From Takakia lepidozioides (Eukaryota; Plantae; Bryophyta): a DNA stretch of 64,000 nucleotides. Made by a program: the position numbers and the translations under genes. The stretch is from assembly GCA_030704615.1 (NCBI GenBank), contig CM060731.1:5394001-5458000 (forward strand), given 5' to 3'. This document shows, piece by piece, positions 28,611-42,088 of this stretch (position 1 is its first letter; each line of letters starts with the position of its first letter). The notes under the pieces were generated by a model, which was not told where the DNA came from, did no database searches, and saw only the letters and a list, made by a program, of their open reading frames with translations.

Positions 28611-30386
28611 GTTACCTAAGGAATCCTGGATCCATTCTCTGGCTGCAGCTGACTCTGAACTCGGTCTGGGTCAGATCTGAACGTTCGGTCAACCTAAGGT
28701 CGTGACTGGTGACATAAATATCGGTCAGACGTCGGCACCCAGATCGCCACCTTTTAAACCACCCCTAATTCTATTTAGGGTCCTGCTAACCATGACCAGG
28801 ACCCACACTCCATCTGTGGGGCCCACTACCTATCCACACTTGTAACTTCACTGGCAGTTAAAGAAACTTTATCCTTTACCAATCTACACCTGTAACTATC
28901 TCAGTATTTACTTATGTGAACTTTCACTCAAGCTCTTTCCAGTTTATAGACATGGGTGTTTTCCCTCTTCAAAAAAGAAGCTCCCGGGTGTTTCCCTTTA
29001 AGAAAGAAAGAAAAAAGAAAGAAAAAAGAAAAACGAAAAATAGAACTTGCCAACCTTTCTTAGGTTAGAGTTCATGTCTTGACAACTGGATTTACTGACA
29101 CACCCTTCAAAAAAGAAAATAAACGAAAATAAAAATAAAACTTGCCAACATTTCTTAGGTTAGAGTTTTTTCTTAAAAAAAAACACTAACAGGGGGTTAG
29201 AGTTCATGTCTTGACAATTTTTTTCAATTAGTAAATAAAGATAAATATGTAGCTCTAGAAATTGAAAATCCAGGGCATATGTTGAGAAACTTAAATTTTG
29301 GCTTTGAAGAGCCGGAAAAAAAGCTTCTGTTTCTTGAATAGCTGGTACGCTTATGTTACGGGGAAGTTTCCCTCGGTGAGCCTTTACGGCCTCTAGCTGG
29401 TTATTTTTTCCACCTTTTGTGACACTTTTTATTTTTAATTTGATTAAAAGGGCCCTGTTCCCCTTTCTCTATATTACCAAAAAAACAAAAAGAGCCAACA
29501 GTCAGTAGCTCAGCTGGATAGTGCACTGAGTGCCACCCAGATGACTCTGGGGTCACACATGACGGGTGTGGTATATTCTTCTCCCCCTTCCCTGGGCGGT
29601 GTCCCATTGGGACGCCCTCCTGGCTCTTGAACTTTATATAAAGGACAAAAACGTCCAGGCATAGACAAAGAGGAAAAAATAACCTCTGGAGGGTGCCATG
29701 AAGGCTATTTCAGGAGGTGACGTTACTGTGAAAAAGGGGAAACCTGGGACTCGCGGCTGCCCACAATTCAGGCCCTTGAGGTGGGGGAGGAAATTAACCC
29801 CTTTTCATTTATGGGCCACGAGACATACAGGACGAATAATGCCCAGGCAGACCCAACGAACAATCCACACACATAGCAGGGCAGCTGGTTTGACCCCAAA
29901 ACCACCAGGGTGACTCACAGTGCACTTACTAGCTGAGCTACACTCAGATGTCCATGTTGTTCCAAGTTGTAGCCCAATTGTAAGAAACATACCACCTTAC
30001 AACCGGTGGTTGTGGGTTCAATCCATGGGTTGGTGTCACGAAGGTGTCCACCTTCATGCAGTAGCCCTTGGGGGTCAAGAGACACCATAATTTACACTGC
30101 CTTCGGGAGCGTCATATGTAATAGTAAATACCAGCCCAAGCAAAGGGGGCTTGAGGGGGAAAATAAACCCCCTTTCTGAGCCAGGGAGGCATTACACTGT
30201 AGGTAGACTGTGTATTAGCAAGCACTAGGTAGTGTGGTAGTTGGGCATATTGAATGGTATCAGCGAGGTCGTAGGTTCAACTCTGGATGGTACTACATGT
30301 GCATTAATGATGGAAAAATGGGTGTTTTTCCCAAAAAAAATTCTAGTCCCCAAGGTGAGGCGTGACCCCACCGTGCACGCACGGAC

Positions 30387-31280
30387 CAGTGTTGGGCGGT
30401 TCTTGCATTTGTGAAGGAACCTTCGGTTCCGGTTCCAAAATTATTTCAAGAGACGGTTCCGGATCCGGTTCCGGTTTTTTTTTATTGAGCCAGTTCCGGT
30501 CCGGTTCCGGATCCAACTTTTAAACATGGGGGCGGTTCCGGTTACCGGTTAGTTGCTGATAAAAACCATGGGTTCCGGTTCTATTTTAAAAATATATTTG
30601 TTTAATTTAATTAGATTTAAAATATTTTATCAGTCCGGTAGATTAAATAGCAGTGTATTCACATATTTGAACTAAAATCCAACGATTTTGTTAGTTTTCA
30701 CTAACACAAAAAAACAAACAAAAATACTCTAAATAAACTGGTAGAAGAAAATGGGTAAAATTTTATGGGTTGAAAGTACTATTCAGCTACCTGGCAAGTA
30801 TTGGCATCTTCAAACATTTTATTAATGAACTTAGCCAGGATATCATGGAGCTGGAGATTGAACCCAAGATCTCATGGCGCTGAAGCATTGAACATAGAAT
30901 CTCATGGCCTTCAAGCATTGAACCCAGGATCTCAGGAGCTTAAGAGCATTAAATAAGTTTTTCCCTTGGGCCCACCAGCCCCACCAAGGGGTCAAGAACC
31001 AAGAACCGGACTTAGAAGCACTTTGGTAGGTACTAGAGACATTTAGGGCTACAGCCCACGGGTGGACCGGAACCGGAACCGGAACAGGAACCGCTTTGGA
31101 GCTGGAACCGCCGGTTCCCACACATGTGGTCGTAGCTGGAACCGCCGGTTCCGGTTCCCACACAATCCCCAATATGCGGTTCCGGTTCCGGTTCTGCACA
31201 GGCGGGTCCGGTTCCGGTCCGGTTCCACATAACCGGAACCGGCGGTTACCCGGGCCCAGGCGGGTAACCGCCCAACACTG
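30387..31280. mobile_element. hAT-type non-autonomous element (MITE-like)
   Basis: 15-bp TIR CAGTGTTGGGCGGTT / AACCGCCCAACACTG, many CCGGTTCC/GGAACCGG subterminal repeats, and a degenerate 8-bp TSD GCACGGAC vs ACCCGGAC. Confidence 0.85.
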
Positions 31281-31319
31281 ACCCGGACCCTACAATTGGA
31301 CCCGCACGTGACCCATAGC

Positions 31320-31620
31320 GGGGCCCATCAGTGCATTAAAGACCCAATTAATCTAAAATGATATATATATATATATATAATGGATCCAAAGCATGATATT
31401 AGTTTATTAACTTAGAGCATGATCAAGAGGAGTAGGACCCGGACCCGAGTGGACCCGGACCCGCGAATGGACTCGTGTGGAGGTAGGGGACCCTCAGCGA
31501 CCTTGCACGTATCCCAATACTAGCAGGGCCCACCAGCGCATTAAAGACCCAATTAGTCTAAAATTATCATATATATATATATATATATATATAATGGATC
31601 CAAAGCATGATATTAGTTTG
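31320..31620 (+). repeat. Local direct duplication of ~90 bp containing (AT)n
   Basis: gggcccaYcagYgcattaaagacccaatta...atggatccaaagcatgatattagttt occurs at ~31322 and ~31527. Confidence 0.85.
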
Positions 31621-33666
31621 TGAACTTTAATAATACCCCCGCAATTGGTCCCAAACGTCCAATCATCTCATGTGTTGTTGGTACTGCTTCACAATGGGGA
31701 AGTGGGTATGAGTCGGCGTGCATCACGGTGCCATTGCTCAACAAACAGTACAAATTCACGAGTTTGGAATCAACTAAATCAATGCTGCAACTTTGTTAGA
31801 AATATGCTTTCAGTATTGCAATCTACCTCTCTTCCCCGCCTATACTCAGATCTAGACAAAAAAGATAGTCAATTCGAGAAGTCCTTGCAAATGTGCTACG
31901 AGTTTACCGTTTCTTAAATTCATAGTACTGAGATCCTCCAAGTAATTATGCGGGGTTGTCCTTGAAGATAAAGATTTTGTTGTTTTTCTAAGATATCATG
32001 TACATAATCTTAGTATTTGGTTTGCGAATATGATTGAAGAGTTTGCAACGTAGATGGGTTGGTATGGGATATGAGCATTAACCCTACGTAAAACCCGTGC
32101 AGATCTGTGGGTAGGGTTATGATACTTAATATCTCGGACCACGACAAATAACACCTAGCTCGTCTTCAAGCATAACACCCGCGTGACCTAACATCGACCG
32201 GTGAGCTAACAACGTATCCACTGCTCACACCCGGTGGTTAGGGTTGTGATGTTAGCATCTAAGCACCTTAACACAAACATCATTCACACCTCGTGGTTAT
32301 TTGTTACCTCTATTTTCTGTTATCTTTTTTCCGGTGGTCCTGCTTGCCTCGGCGTTTGTCATATTTGTGATTAGTTAGAAATAGTTATTTCTAATTAATT
32401 AGGACATTATATATTTATATTTGTATTTTGTTGGCATTGGGACTTCATTTGGTTTTATGTGCCAAGTGAGGTGACGAACCTCACTTGGGACGTGAGGAGG
32501 TTATCTCCACGTGAGACGTAGGCAGGCTCGTCTTCTTCTAGTCGAGCCTCCCGAGGCCTCTCTCGCCGCCATAGCTAGAGTGGGTGAGGTCTGTATGGTG
32601 GAGTCCTTTAGCAAAGGTACCATTGGCTTGACTTATATAACGTGATAAAGTGGTTTCTCCTCTTTTCACCATTTCCGTATCACTAGAAGAAGACCTGCTT
32701 ACATCTATGAGTGCAAGGTATTAGCATAGTTAGCACTTGTGTATGGAAGAGAGCTTGGTAGATAGCTCTTAAGTTACAAGGTGTTGTAGGGTTTGCAAGA
32801 TGAAAGCCTTGTGGTGTTTATGTACAAGAGGAGGTCTTCAAGGAGAGCCCATTGAGAAGTTTGAGAGCTTGTGAAGAAGCTCTTGTTCTGCAAGTGTTGC
32901 AGGGTTTGAGGAGTTCAAGAAGAGCTCGGGTGTTAAGGGAGCAAGTGGTGCATGTGTAGAGCATGGTTTCAGCTTGTGGGAGTTTTCAACTTCAAGTTTA
33001 TGAGAGCTATGAGTAAAGGTAGACATCTGATTTCTCTTTGAGGCAGAATAGTGTATTTGTAGAGCATGCTTTGAGTTGGGGTTTCAATCCCAAGCTTGGA
33101 AAGAGCATGTCTATGGAAGTGACAAGTGCATGGCTGGATTAGGAGCTCTAAGAGGTGCACTATGGCCATGGAATGAAGCACTGTGATTGCATGCGATGGC
33201 TAGAAGAGGGTATGTCATAGAAAACTCAATAGCTTGTTCTATGCTTGTTTCAATAAGTTCTATAGAGAAACAGCGCTTGTTGTGTGGCAAATAGCTTGCT
33301 CAGGAAATGGTGCTCCTAGGCAGAGAAGAATGAAGTTTTGCTGCGGGAAACATTTTTCGTCAAGTCCAGGGGGTGCAGACACACCTGCGCGAATTAGAGG
33401 TGACGGCTACGGGGGTGGCGGGGAAGGAAACTGTACCCGACGCCTGGGATGGATGTAAACTCGTCAGGGGATTAGAGGCACTCTTGGTGGTCTATTGATG
33501 CTCAAGAAACCAAGAACAGCACCTCTGGTTGCTCCATAGAAGCCATAGCTCGTTGCAGCAATCGCAGAGGCAAAGCGGCGCAAACCCTAGCTAGGGAACG
33601 CGTGGGAACGAATGGGAACGCGTGGGAATATTGCCCCAGAGTTGGGAGCACCACCATTGTCCCATC

Positions 33667-34160
33667 GGATGAACTATTGAGCCAGTGGATGAAAATTGGC
33701 GCTCCTGGATGAAAATCGGTTGCAGTGGATGAAACTGCGCCAGCGGATGAAATCGTGTCAGCGGATAAACTATCGCGCTATCGGATGAAAAATCACGGCG
33801 ACGGATGAAACTGCGTCAGCGGATGAAATCTCGTCAACGGATGAACTATCGCGCTATCGGATGAAAAATCGCGGTGACGGATGAAACTGCATCAGCGGAT
33901 GAACTATCGCGTTATCGGATGAAAAATCGATGCGACGGTTGAAACTGCGCCAGCGAATGAAATCTCGTCAGCAGATGAACTATCGCACTATCAAATGAAG
34001 AATCGCGGCGACGGATGAAAAATTGCGGCGACGGATGAAATATCGCACCAACGGATGAACTATCGCGGCGGATGAAATATCGGACCCGTGGATGAGAAAT
34101 TGCTGTTTTGGATGAGATTTGGTCAGTGACGGATGAAAAATCGACTGACTGTGGATACTT
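33667..34160 (+). repeat. Tandem array of ~25 GGATGAA-core units, 18-20 bp period, CpG-rich, with a ~76-bp higher-order unit
   Basis: Direct reading; e.g. cggatgaaactgcgtcag-cggatgaaatctcgtcaa-cggatgaactatcgcgctat-cggatgaaaaatcgcggtga. Confidence 0.9.
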
Positions 34161-34470
34161 TTGGAGCCTTATGGGGGCTTGTTTGAGGATTATTTGGGGT
34201 CTATTTAGGCCAATATCTAGCAGACATTGGGACCCGTTTGAGGACTATTTGGGGTCTATTAGAGCCAATATCTTGTAGGCTTGTGGAGCTTGCTTGGGGC
34301 TATTTGAAGAACTATTTGGGGTCCTTTGAGGCCAATGTTTTGCAGGCCTGTGGAGCCTTGTGAGGGCTGGTTGAAGGACGATTGGAGGTCTTTGGAGGCC
34401 AATACTTGGCAGATTTGAGGAGCTTCTTAAGGGCTGTTGGGGGACTGTTGGAGGTCCTTGGAGGCCAATT
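34160..34470 (+). repeat. Degenerate tandem repeats (ttggggtc...ggccaatatcttgcagg...)
   Basis: About five diverged copies of roughly 60-70 bp directly upstream of the gag remnant. Confidence 0.7.
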
Positions 34471-36320
34471 CTCGTATGGGATATTGGACAAGGAGCTGAG
34501 GAGAAGGGTGCGGGATGCAACTCTCCTACAAGTGGACCAACCCACCTTAACAAACGTGTTTTTGCTGGCAGAGCGGATAGAGCTCAATATGGTGGAGGAG
34601 CAAGTGGTCATGGTGGGGTTTGGTAAGGAGACACAACGAAGTGGGGCTCCTAGCCAACAACAACCACTACCCCAACGTGCTCAAGGCAACAAGGGGGCTC
34701 AGATGAAGCCCAGGGAAGGACAAAGAGGATCTCAATTGCAGAGGTCACTTCCTTCATTCTCAGGCCAACAACAGTCGGGTGTGACATGTTGGGATTGTGG
34801 AGGACCCCATGTTAAGAGAGATTGCCCGGAGAGATGCAAAGGGCCGACACAGGCACAACCTACACAACTACAGTGTGGGCATTGTGGCAAGTATGGACAT
34901 GAAGAGACCCATTGTTATGACTTGCATCCTGAGCTACGGCCAGGCTAGTTCCAAGGGAACAATGGTGGCCGAGGACGAGGCAATGTAGTCCAGAGAGGTA
35001 GAGGAGGCAGAGGTCGTGGTGGAGGTCGTAACCAAAACCAAGGAGCACAAGGTCAAGGTCAAGGTCATGAGCAAGGCATGGTGGATATGCTTGCCCAGCT
35101 AGAGCAACGTCTTGCTGCCATGGCCACTACTAATGTGGCGTCAGCTCCAAGGCCTGAGGTTCAAGCTCCACCTGCACAACCTCCTATGCCTAGGGACGAC
35201 CAGATTGGTATGGGCTTCATGTGTGGAGCCGCACTTGCTGGACCATTGCATGTGGACTCTGCAGCTGCTGTCACTCGAGCAGCAACGCGTGCTCCTGAGC
35301 CAAGAGGACCAGATGTGGATTTTGATCCACAAAGGAGGGAAGCAAGTCGACAGACAAGGCTTCCACAGTCTTTCACATTGGCTGAGACAGTGCCAACTAC
35401 GCCATCGATGGTACCCGCTCACCCAAGTGTGTCAGAGGTAGAACCACGAGTATCAGTGGGGAGAGTTGGTGTGGCTCGGGAAATGCCAGTGGGTGATGCT
35501 GCAAAGCAGGGTGTAGCCAGTACATTGTTGGGGGCGGCTACGGTGATTTGCCAAGCTCCATTGTTTTCTGCGATGATCATTGCAATGCCGGGGATTCGGC
35601 CAGCTGTTGTGTTCAGACTAGCAGCTAGACTTTGTGAGAGTGGTGATGCATCGGCACTATCTGCGGGGATAACGGATAATGTGCAGTGCATGGATGTCAT
35701 GGACTCAAGGGTGAAGACAGCCACAGCTGCACCATGGCAAGCGGCAACTGCAAGGTTGCAAGAGTTGTCAACTAGACCAGCCATTGAGCGTAGTATGATG
35801 ACTCATGGGGTAGTCCTGGGGGACAATCAGGATGGTGTGTTTCAGTTGGGTGGCCCAGCCGGGAAGAGGTATAGGCTACTATGGGTCTTGTTGGACTCGG
35901 GAGCACAACCATTGATGTTGGGAAGAACAGCAATTGCAGGCTTGGGCCGTACAGAGGCGGATTTGGAGCCTTATCCTTTCCAAATTCAAACATCTTTGGG
36001 TGGTTCAGAGAAGGCACGAGGGATTACACGCCATGAATTCTTCATTCGATTGCAGCCAGATCATCCTACGGATGGCTCAGTCATGAGAGCTAAAGCCATT
36101 GTTACGGACGCGATGTCATATGATGTGCTTGTTGGTGGGGCTGTGTTATACCCCATGGGCTTTACTTTGGACTTTTGGGAGGAAACGACATCCTATAGGC
36201 CGGAATGGCAGTCAGGAGATGGCCGACGTGCACTGCTCTCAGTGCAGTTTATTGGGAATGTAGCGGTGGATCATAGGAACATGATGCCCACATTGGCTGC
36301 ATTTTCAGGGGCGGTGAGCT
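34470..36320 (+). pseudogene. Gag C-terminus plus aspartic protease, copy B
   Basis: CWDCGGPHVKRDC, CGHCGKYGHEETHC, RGRGGRGRGG, LLDSGA...YDVLVG. ORFs 34382-34948 and 35078-36457 are in the same frame, separated by a single TAG. Confidence 0.88.
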
Positions 36321-36553
36321 CTTGGAGGGCAATAGCCATGCATGTGATAGGCCATCACCTGATGAGGACAAACAATTGGCATATAAGGCTGATTTGCTTC
36401 CTTATGTGCCTGTGCATATTCCACTGTGGGGTACGGTTGGGAATTTGCATCGAGTAGCAGGTGAATGTGTGCACCAAACATGGCATGAGGCCTTTCCATT
36501 GATGAGTGAGGGGAGCTCAGTGACATTACCTGGACCTCCTGAGTTAGCTCCCT

Positions 36554-37879
36554 TTGGACACGGTGCCCATTATCTGGCAACCACCTGACACAGGGATTTG
36601 TTTGCTAGACCTGTTTGGAGGCATGAGCACTAGGCTTGCAGGAGTGTTGCAAGCAGGGATTAAAGTACACAAGTACTTGTATGTGGAGAAGGATGAGATC
36701 GCTCGACGTATTTCTATGTGTCACATCGCCTTGCTCACACACCGGTATCCTGAGTTGTTGCCTCTCTCAGCAATTCAAGGGTATCAAAATGCCTTGCCAG
36801 CAGACATTACCTTGCTGGGGGCGGATGATTTGGACCGGTATGGTTCCATTGACTTGGTGATAGCTGGATGGCCTTGCCAATGACACTCTCCCGCAGGTCA
36901 TGGGAATGGCTTGCATGATGCACGATCGCATTTGTTTTGGGAGATGTTGCGAGTGTTGCGGGACTTGCAGACGAAACAAGTGCAACCTCTAGGCTATATC
37001 TTGGAGAATGTTCTTCTTATGGGGGATTCTCGGGCCAGGGTAATGGCCAGTGTGCATCAGGTGCGGTCTTGGATTGGATCGGTGGTGTTATTGGATACAG
37101 CAGCGATGGGATCACACGCGCATCGACCTCGATTGTGGTGGACCAATCTTGCACCACCAAAGCTACTTAAGAGAGCATACGATTCCATTCAACGGCCACC
37201 CAATCTCACGGTTGAAGGCATTTTGGACCAAGGGAGGCAACCACAGAGAGTGCGACATGATGATCGTCCACCTCTAGCAGTGGTCAATCGAGTAGGGCAG
37301 CCACGTGCGGCCTTGCCTACGCTCATGAGCTTTCCCTCGTCTCATGCTTTCCAAGACAATGGTCCTAGGTTGATTTGGGACAGTGTGCTACAGCAATTGG
37401 TGGGGCCCAATGCGGATGAACGAGAGCGGGCAATGGGATTTGCCACCGGCACTACAAATGTGCCAGCTCTGTCAGCGGCATCACGCCGCCAAGTGTTGGG
37501 TCAAGCAATGGATTTAAATTGCTTGACATGGATAATTGGCTTGTGCATGGCTGAACAACGGAGATTGCAAGCATTGATGGCTACTTCTACACTCCCATTG
37601 GATGGTGCATCCTCCCTGCCAACCGGGACGGTTGAGGCAGTGAGTGGGGGCGAGCACAGGATCGTGGGTTGCAAACACCCATGGAAGATGTGGGATGAGA
37701 TGCGCAAAGAGATAGTCATTGGATCTCTCAAGCAGCAGTATGAGGAGTGGGAAGAGCCATGGACTGAGGATCAGTTGGAGGCCAAGGTGGCCAAGGTTTT
37801 TGAAGAGGTTGAGAATATTTCTTGCTCAGAGGATGTTCTCAAGGTGGCTATGGCGGAGCAACTGGAGGCTACGCCATAA
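36554..37879 (+). pseudogene. C5 cytosine methyltransferase domain (DNMT3-like), copy B
   Basis: LDLFGG, YVEKD, ADI, IDLVIAGWPCQ(stop at 36881-36883)HS, ILENV, AHRPRLWWTNL, ERERAMGF, RRQVLGQAMD. Both ORF halves are in one frame. Confidence 0.92.
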
Positions 37880-38077
37880 TCAGATTGGGCGGACAAGGCC
37901 CAAGAGGTTGTTATCTAGCAACCAAAGGATTCGTCTCTTACCTCCAAGCCTGGTGTACCCAAGGTTGCAGTCACTAAGGACAATTGGGAACCAGATGTTG
38001 GACCTACAGTCACCGGAGGAGAGAGATGGAGGATCCAGCGATTTCTAAGGGCTTATAGAAATTGCTTTGCCTTCGGT

Positions 38078-39248
38078 TTGAAGGATTTGGGAAGTTTGAA
38101 GGGTCAGGAGATTCGTATTGATTTGGCAAGTGACACGCCAATCTTTCGAAGGCCCTACCAGTATAGTGACATGGAGAGGTCATTGATCCAGTCACGGACT
38201 ATGGAGTTGTTCGAAGCTGGATTGGTGGAGTTGTCAGGCGGGGAGTATGCCTCGGCAACGGTGATGCCAGCTAAGAAGGATATCTATGGCAATTGGACAG
38301 AAAGAATGATGTGTGGGGACTATCGTCCTATGAACCATCAGACTAAGTCCGATAGATATGCCATGCCAACTCCAGAGGAGATCTTTGATGCCATTGGGCA
38401 TGCAAAAGTGTTTAGCACATTGGACTTGCGATCCGGTTACCACCAGTTGCCAATCAAAGAGGCTGACAAGCAAAAGACGGCATTCTGGGGGATTGACCAA
38501 CATGGGAAGGATTGTTTGTATCAATGGCGGTTCTTACCGTTTGGGTTGAAAAATGCTCTTGCAGAGTTTCAGAGGGTCATGGATAGGATTCTCGCAGGGC
38601 TAGACTTCGCCCGGTTCTACATTGATGATATCATCGTCTTTAGTGCTACGGTTGAGGAGCATGAGAGACACCTTCAGGTGGTGTTTGAGCGCTAGCGCAC
38701 AGGTTGAAACTGCACCCCGGAAAGTGCAAGTTCTTTCACAATCAGATTGAGTATCTGGGCCTCATGATATACCCTGGAGGATTGGGTGTTCAACAGACAA
38801 AGGTGGAGGCCATTGCATGCATTCCACGCCCCATGGATGTGAGCAGAGTTCGTGCTTTCATGGGATTGACAAACTACTATCGACGGTTTGTCAAGGGATT
38901 TAGCAACATTGCAAAGGCTCTTACCAAGTTGACCAAGGTGGGTCAGGAGTGGCAGTGGGAGGAGGAGCAGGAGGAAGCCTTTGAGGAACTCAAGACTCGA
39001 TTGACTTCTGCACCTATTCTGAGGCGGCCTTTCCAACTATATACGGATTGGAGTATGCTGGGGATTGGAGCAGTGCTCACACAGGTGGATGATGAAGGAA
39101 GAGAGTTTGAAGTGGCATATGCTAGTCGCTCGAACAATGATGCCGAGGCGAAGTATAGTTCTTATAAAGGGGAGTGTCTAGCTGCGGTATGGGCAGTGGC
39201 ACATTTCAGATGCTACCTCTATGGCAATCTCTTCACCCTTGTCACGGA
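38078..39248 (+). pseudogene. Gypsy RT and N-terminal RNase H, copy B
   Basis: MCGDYR, LDLRSGYHQ, LPFGLKNA, YIDD, TDWS. Ends at the insertion site in LVTD. Confidence 0.95.
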
Positions 39249-40078
39249 CCCGGGGGGTGCACTCCTCATTAAATGTACCAGCCACGTGCGTGCACAGGAG
39301 GGGGTATTTTAAACCCCCCCATGTACAACATTATACATACAGAGGGGGGTTTAAAACACCTTAAATATAATTTTACAGGAGGGGGTTGTTGAGTTTTTAG
39401 GGATAGTGTAGTGGTAAGAATGGCGATTCCGCCGCAATGCATCCTGGGATCGAATCATGGAATCGTCGTTTTGTATGTTTGTTTTTTTTTTTTTTTTCGC
39501 TCCACGATCTTTCTCCCCTGACCTCCCGCGGCTTTCTCTTTTCTTTCTCCTCCTCTCCCGCGTTCGCCTTCCCTTCCGCGGGCTTTCTCTTTTTCCTCCT
39601 CTCCTCTCCCCTCCTCTCCACAGGGCATGGTAGGACAATGTGGTGAGGGCACCAGAATGTGGTGAGGGCACTGACTTGGGAGAAGGTTTGAGGTTGTGAT
39701 GTATGTAGAGGGCAGGAATCGAAGGGGATGAAGTAAGTGCGCGGGAATGTGGGGCAGGCCTGGGCTAATCGGTGATGATATGCGGGTGTGGTGGCGGATT
39801 GTTGTGCAGCAATGACAGGAGGACATGGGCATCAAGATTCCCAGTCATCAGAGGTAATGAGCACATTAGGCCTATTTTCTTTCCTAATAATGATTGGCGT
39901 GACACAATGGTTGTACTCACTGTATCAGGCCTATTCTCATCCTTATTGAATCCAAACAGCCAGAGGGACAAGATGCCCCTAAGTGTACAGAACCTGAACG
40001 TCCTGAATCTGAAGGATTTGGTACTCAAGAGTTTACACAAGACGAGCAAAATCTACACATGGGGTAACTGTCCCCCCT

Positions 40079-42088
40079 TTGCAGAACGGTTGGGCGTCCA
40101 GGAGCAATCCCAAGCTACCTAGACGACAAACAATTCACATGCAAAGGGCTGGCTTGCGGCTGGCCATTTTCAACTTCTCAGGGCTTACTAACCAAAGGAA
40201 ACAACTCGAAGTGGGACAAGTCCTTCGGACTAATGATATTCATATCTGTGCTGGGCAAGAAACATGGGAAACTTCGGATAAACTGGTTGGAGATGTCAAT
40301 GGTTATAAATGGGCAGGTAGAATGTGTACTCTCAAGGAAGCCTCTGCCAAACGCGGTCAAAAAGGGGTTGGATTCTTTGTCCGTGATTTCTTGTTTGATA
40401 ATTGTGAAATTATCAAAAAGGGTTTGAGGTACGAACATAGTATCTGGCTAAAACTGAATCTGAAGGGTGGCATGAGTACGAAGGACCTCTTTGTGGGTTG
40501 TGTTTACATGCCCACAGAGGGGACCCTTAGTGTTGACGCAGACAAAGCCTTCGAAGATGTAAAGCTGGACTGTGCTTCGTTCCTTGCCAAAGGTCAGGTA
40601 GTGCTATTGGGTGACTTCAATGCCCGGGTGGGCAAAGGGCTCCATCAGGACGATATCCCATGATAGAGGCCCTAGTTCTCCTCTTTAACCTTATCTGGAA
40701 GACTGAAATGATCCCCTTTTGCTGGCGACAGGGGGTCATTGTCAGTCTATACAAGAAGGGTGACAGAGAAGAACCGGGGAACTACCGTGGCATCACACTC
40801 AGGAGTTGATTAATTGCGCGAAGCGATACTTTGATCTTTGGGGGCTAGAGGCTAATGTCAGCAAATGTGCAGTGGTAGCATTCAACGACAGAGGAGAGGG
40901 AGGAAGTGATCTTAAGTGGCAGTGGGGTAGCCAAGAGATCCCGGTCCTCCCTTCCTACACTTACCTGGGCGTTGAGTTTTCCTCCAATTGTAATTGGGAT
41001 GCACATATCCGGAAAGTTGTTCGAACTGGCAAGGGCAAAGCTCTGGGGCTCACTAAAATTTTTCACTGCAGAGGGGTCATCTCTGAGGTTAAGAAAACCA
41101 TGCTTTGTCGCGTTATTAGACCTGCCTTGGAGTACGGATCTGCTATATGGGTTGATAACTCCAACCAGGCTAAGTCTCTAGAATCCATTCAAGTGGGGGT
41201 GCTTAAGGAGTGTATGTCAGCATGCTCCAAAACAGCCAATGTGGCTGTTCGGGGTGAGTTTGGCATTCCATCCTTAAGCTCCCGACGAGATGAATTCAAG
41301 GTCAGATGGTGGGGTCAGCTGCAACATATGCCCAACACCATATATCCTAAGTTGATTGACTCTATATCTTGGAAACAGGACCGCCCTGTCAAACAGGCTA
41401 AGTCCTGGCAGAAGAGAGTAGAAAAGATTCTCAAGGACCTGGACCTGGATCCGCAAGTCTTGACCCTGCTGGATAAATCTGCCTTAGAGGCTGTAGTGTC
41501 TGAGGCCATGTCTGTTGCCATGAGATTGTCTGATGAAAATGAAGTTAGGCAGAGAACTTCCCTGAACTTGTTTCCAGTCAGTGACATGGGGGTGGACATC
41601 TTGGATGACCTCAAGGGTCTACCCACTCTCGGCACTAGACTGAAATTTAAACTCAGGGCAAGAAGCCTACCTTTGAACAGCAAACAGAAGCAGAGAGGAA
41701 AGGGAGAGTGCAATTGTCCGTTGTGTGGGCAATCTGAAGACAGTATTCATTTTCTGATACGCTGTCCGGGTTCTCTCACCAAAGAGAGGCTCTCTTCAAT
41801 TCTATCAAGGGAATTGTGCCTGTACCCCTGTTTACCAACTTTGAAAGTCTCGAGGCTGAGCCAAAAGCCCAGGTCCTCTTGAGGCCTAGTTTTTGGGCAA
41901 ATCACACACAACAGATTGATGCTTGTGTGAAGGGTTTTCTAGAGGATATCTGGAAAACCCGGATTAATTCCTTATACGATGGTAAGTCTTACTACCAACG
42001 TCAGCCCTGTTCCTTTTGTTCCCACTGAAACTGGGCGTGGGGTCAATGGCCACAAGGCTACGGCAAACAACGTCTTATGAGTACAATC
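40079..42088 (+). mobile_element. LINE family 2 (RTE/RTEX-like), internally deleted, with intact 3' end
   Basis: APE (FNFSGL, GQETW, LLGDFNARVG), jump to LYKKGD...NYRGITL, jump to post-YADD RT thumb (NVSKC, YTYLGV, RPALEYG) and a C-terminal Cys/His motif (CPLC...HFLIRC). Confidence 0.85.

Noticed and set aside
29960-30035. Functional tRNA gene
   Set aside because: A- and B-box-like motifs are present, but the acceptor stem and anticodon loop are non-canonical.
34946-34948. Programmed gag-pol stop-codon read-through
   Set aside because: The element has several other premature stops and frameshifts; a CAG-to-TAG mutation is the simpler explanation, and copy A lacks this region for comparison.
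36554-37879. Host DNMT3/DRM gene or bacterial restriction-modification methylase
   Set aside because: Intronless, located between protease and RT, repeated in the same RT-adjacent position in a second copy, unpermuted motif order, and no cognate nuclease.
40655-40810. Spliced-out introns as the cause of the LINE internal deletions
   Set aside because: The second copy shows that the sequence removed at the first junction begins ATTGGG, not GT.
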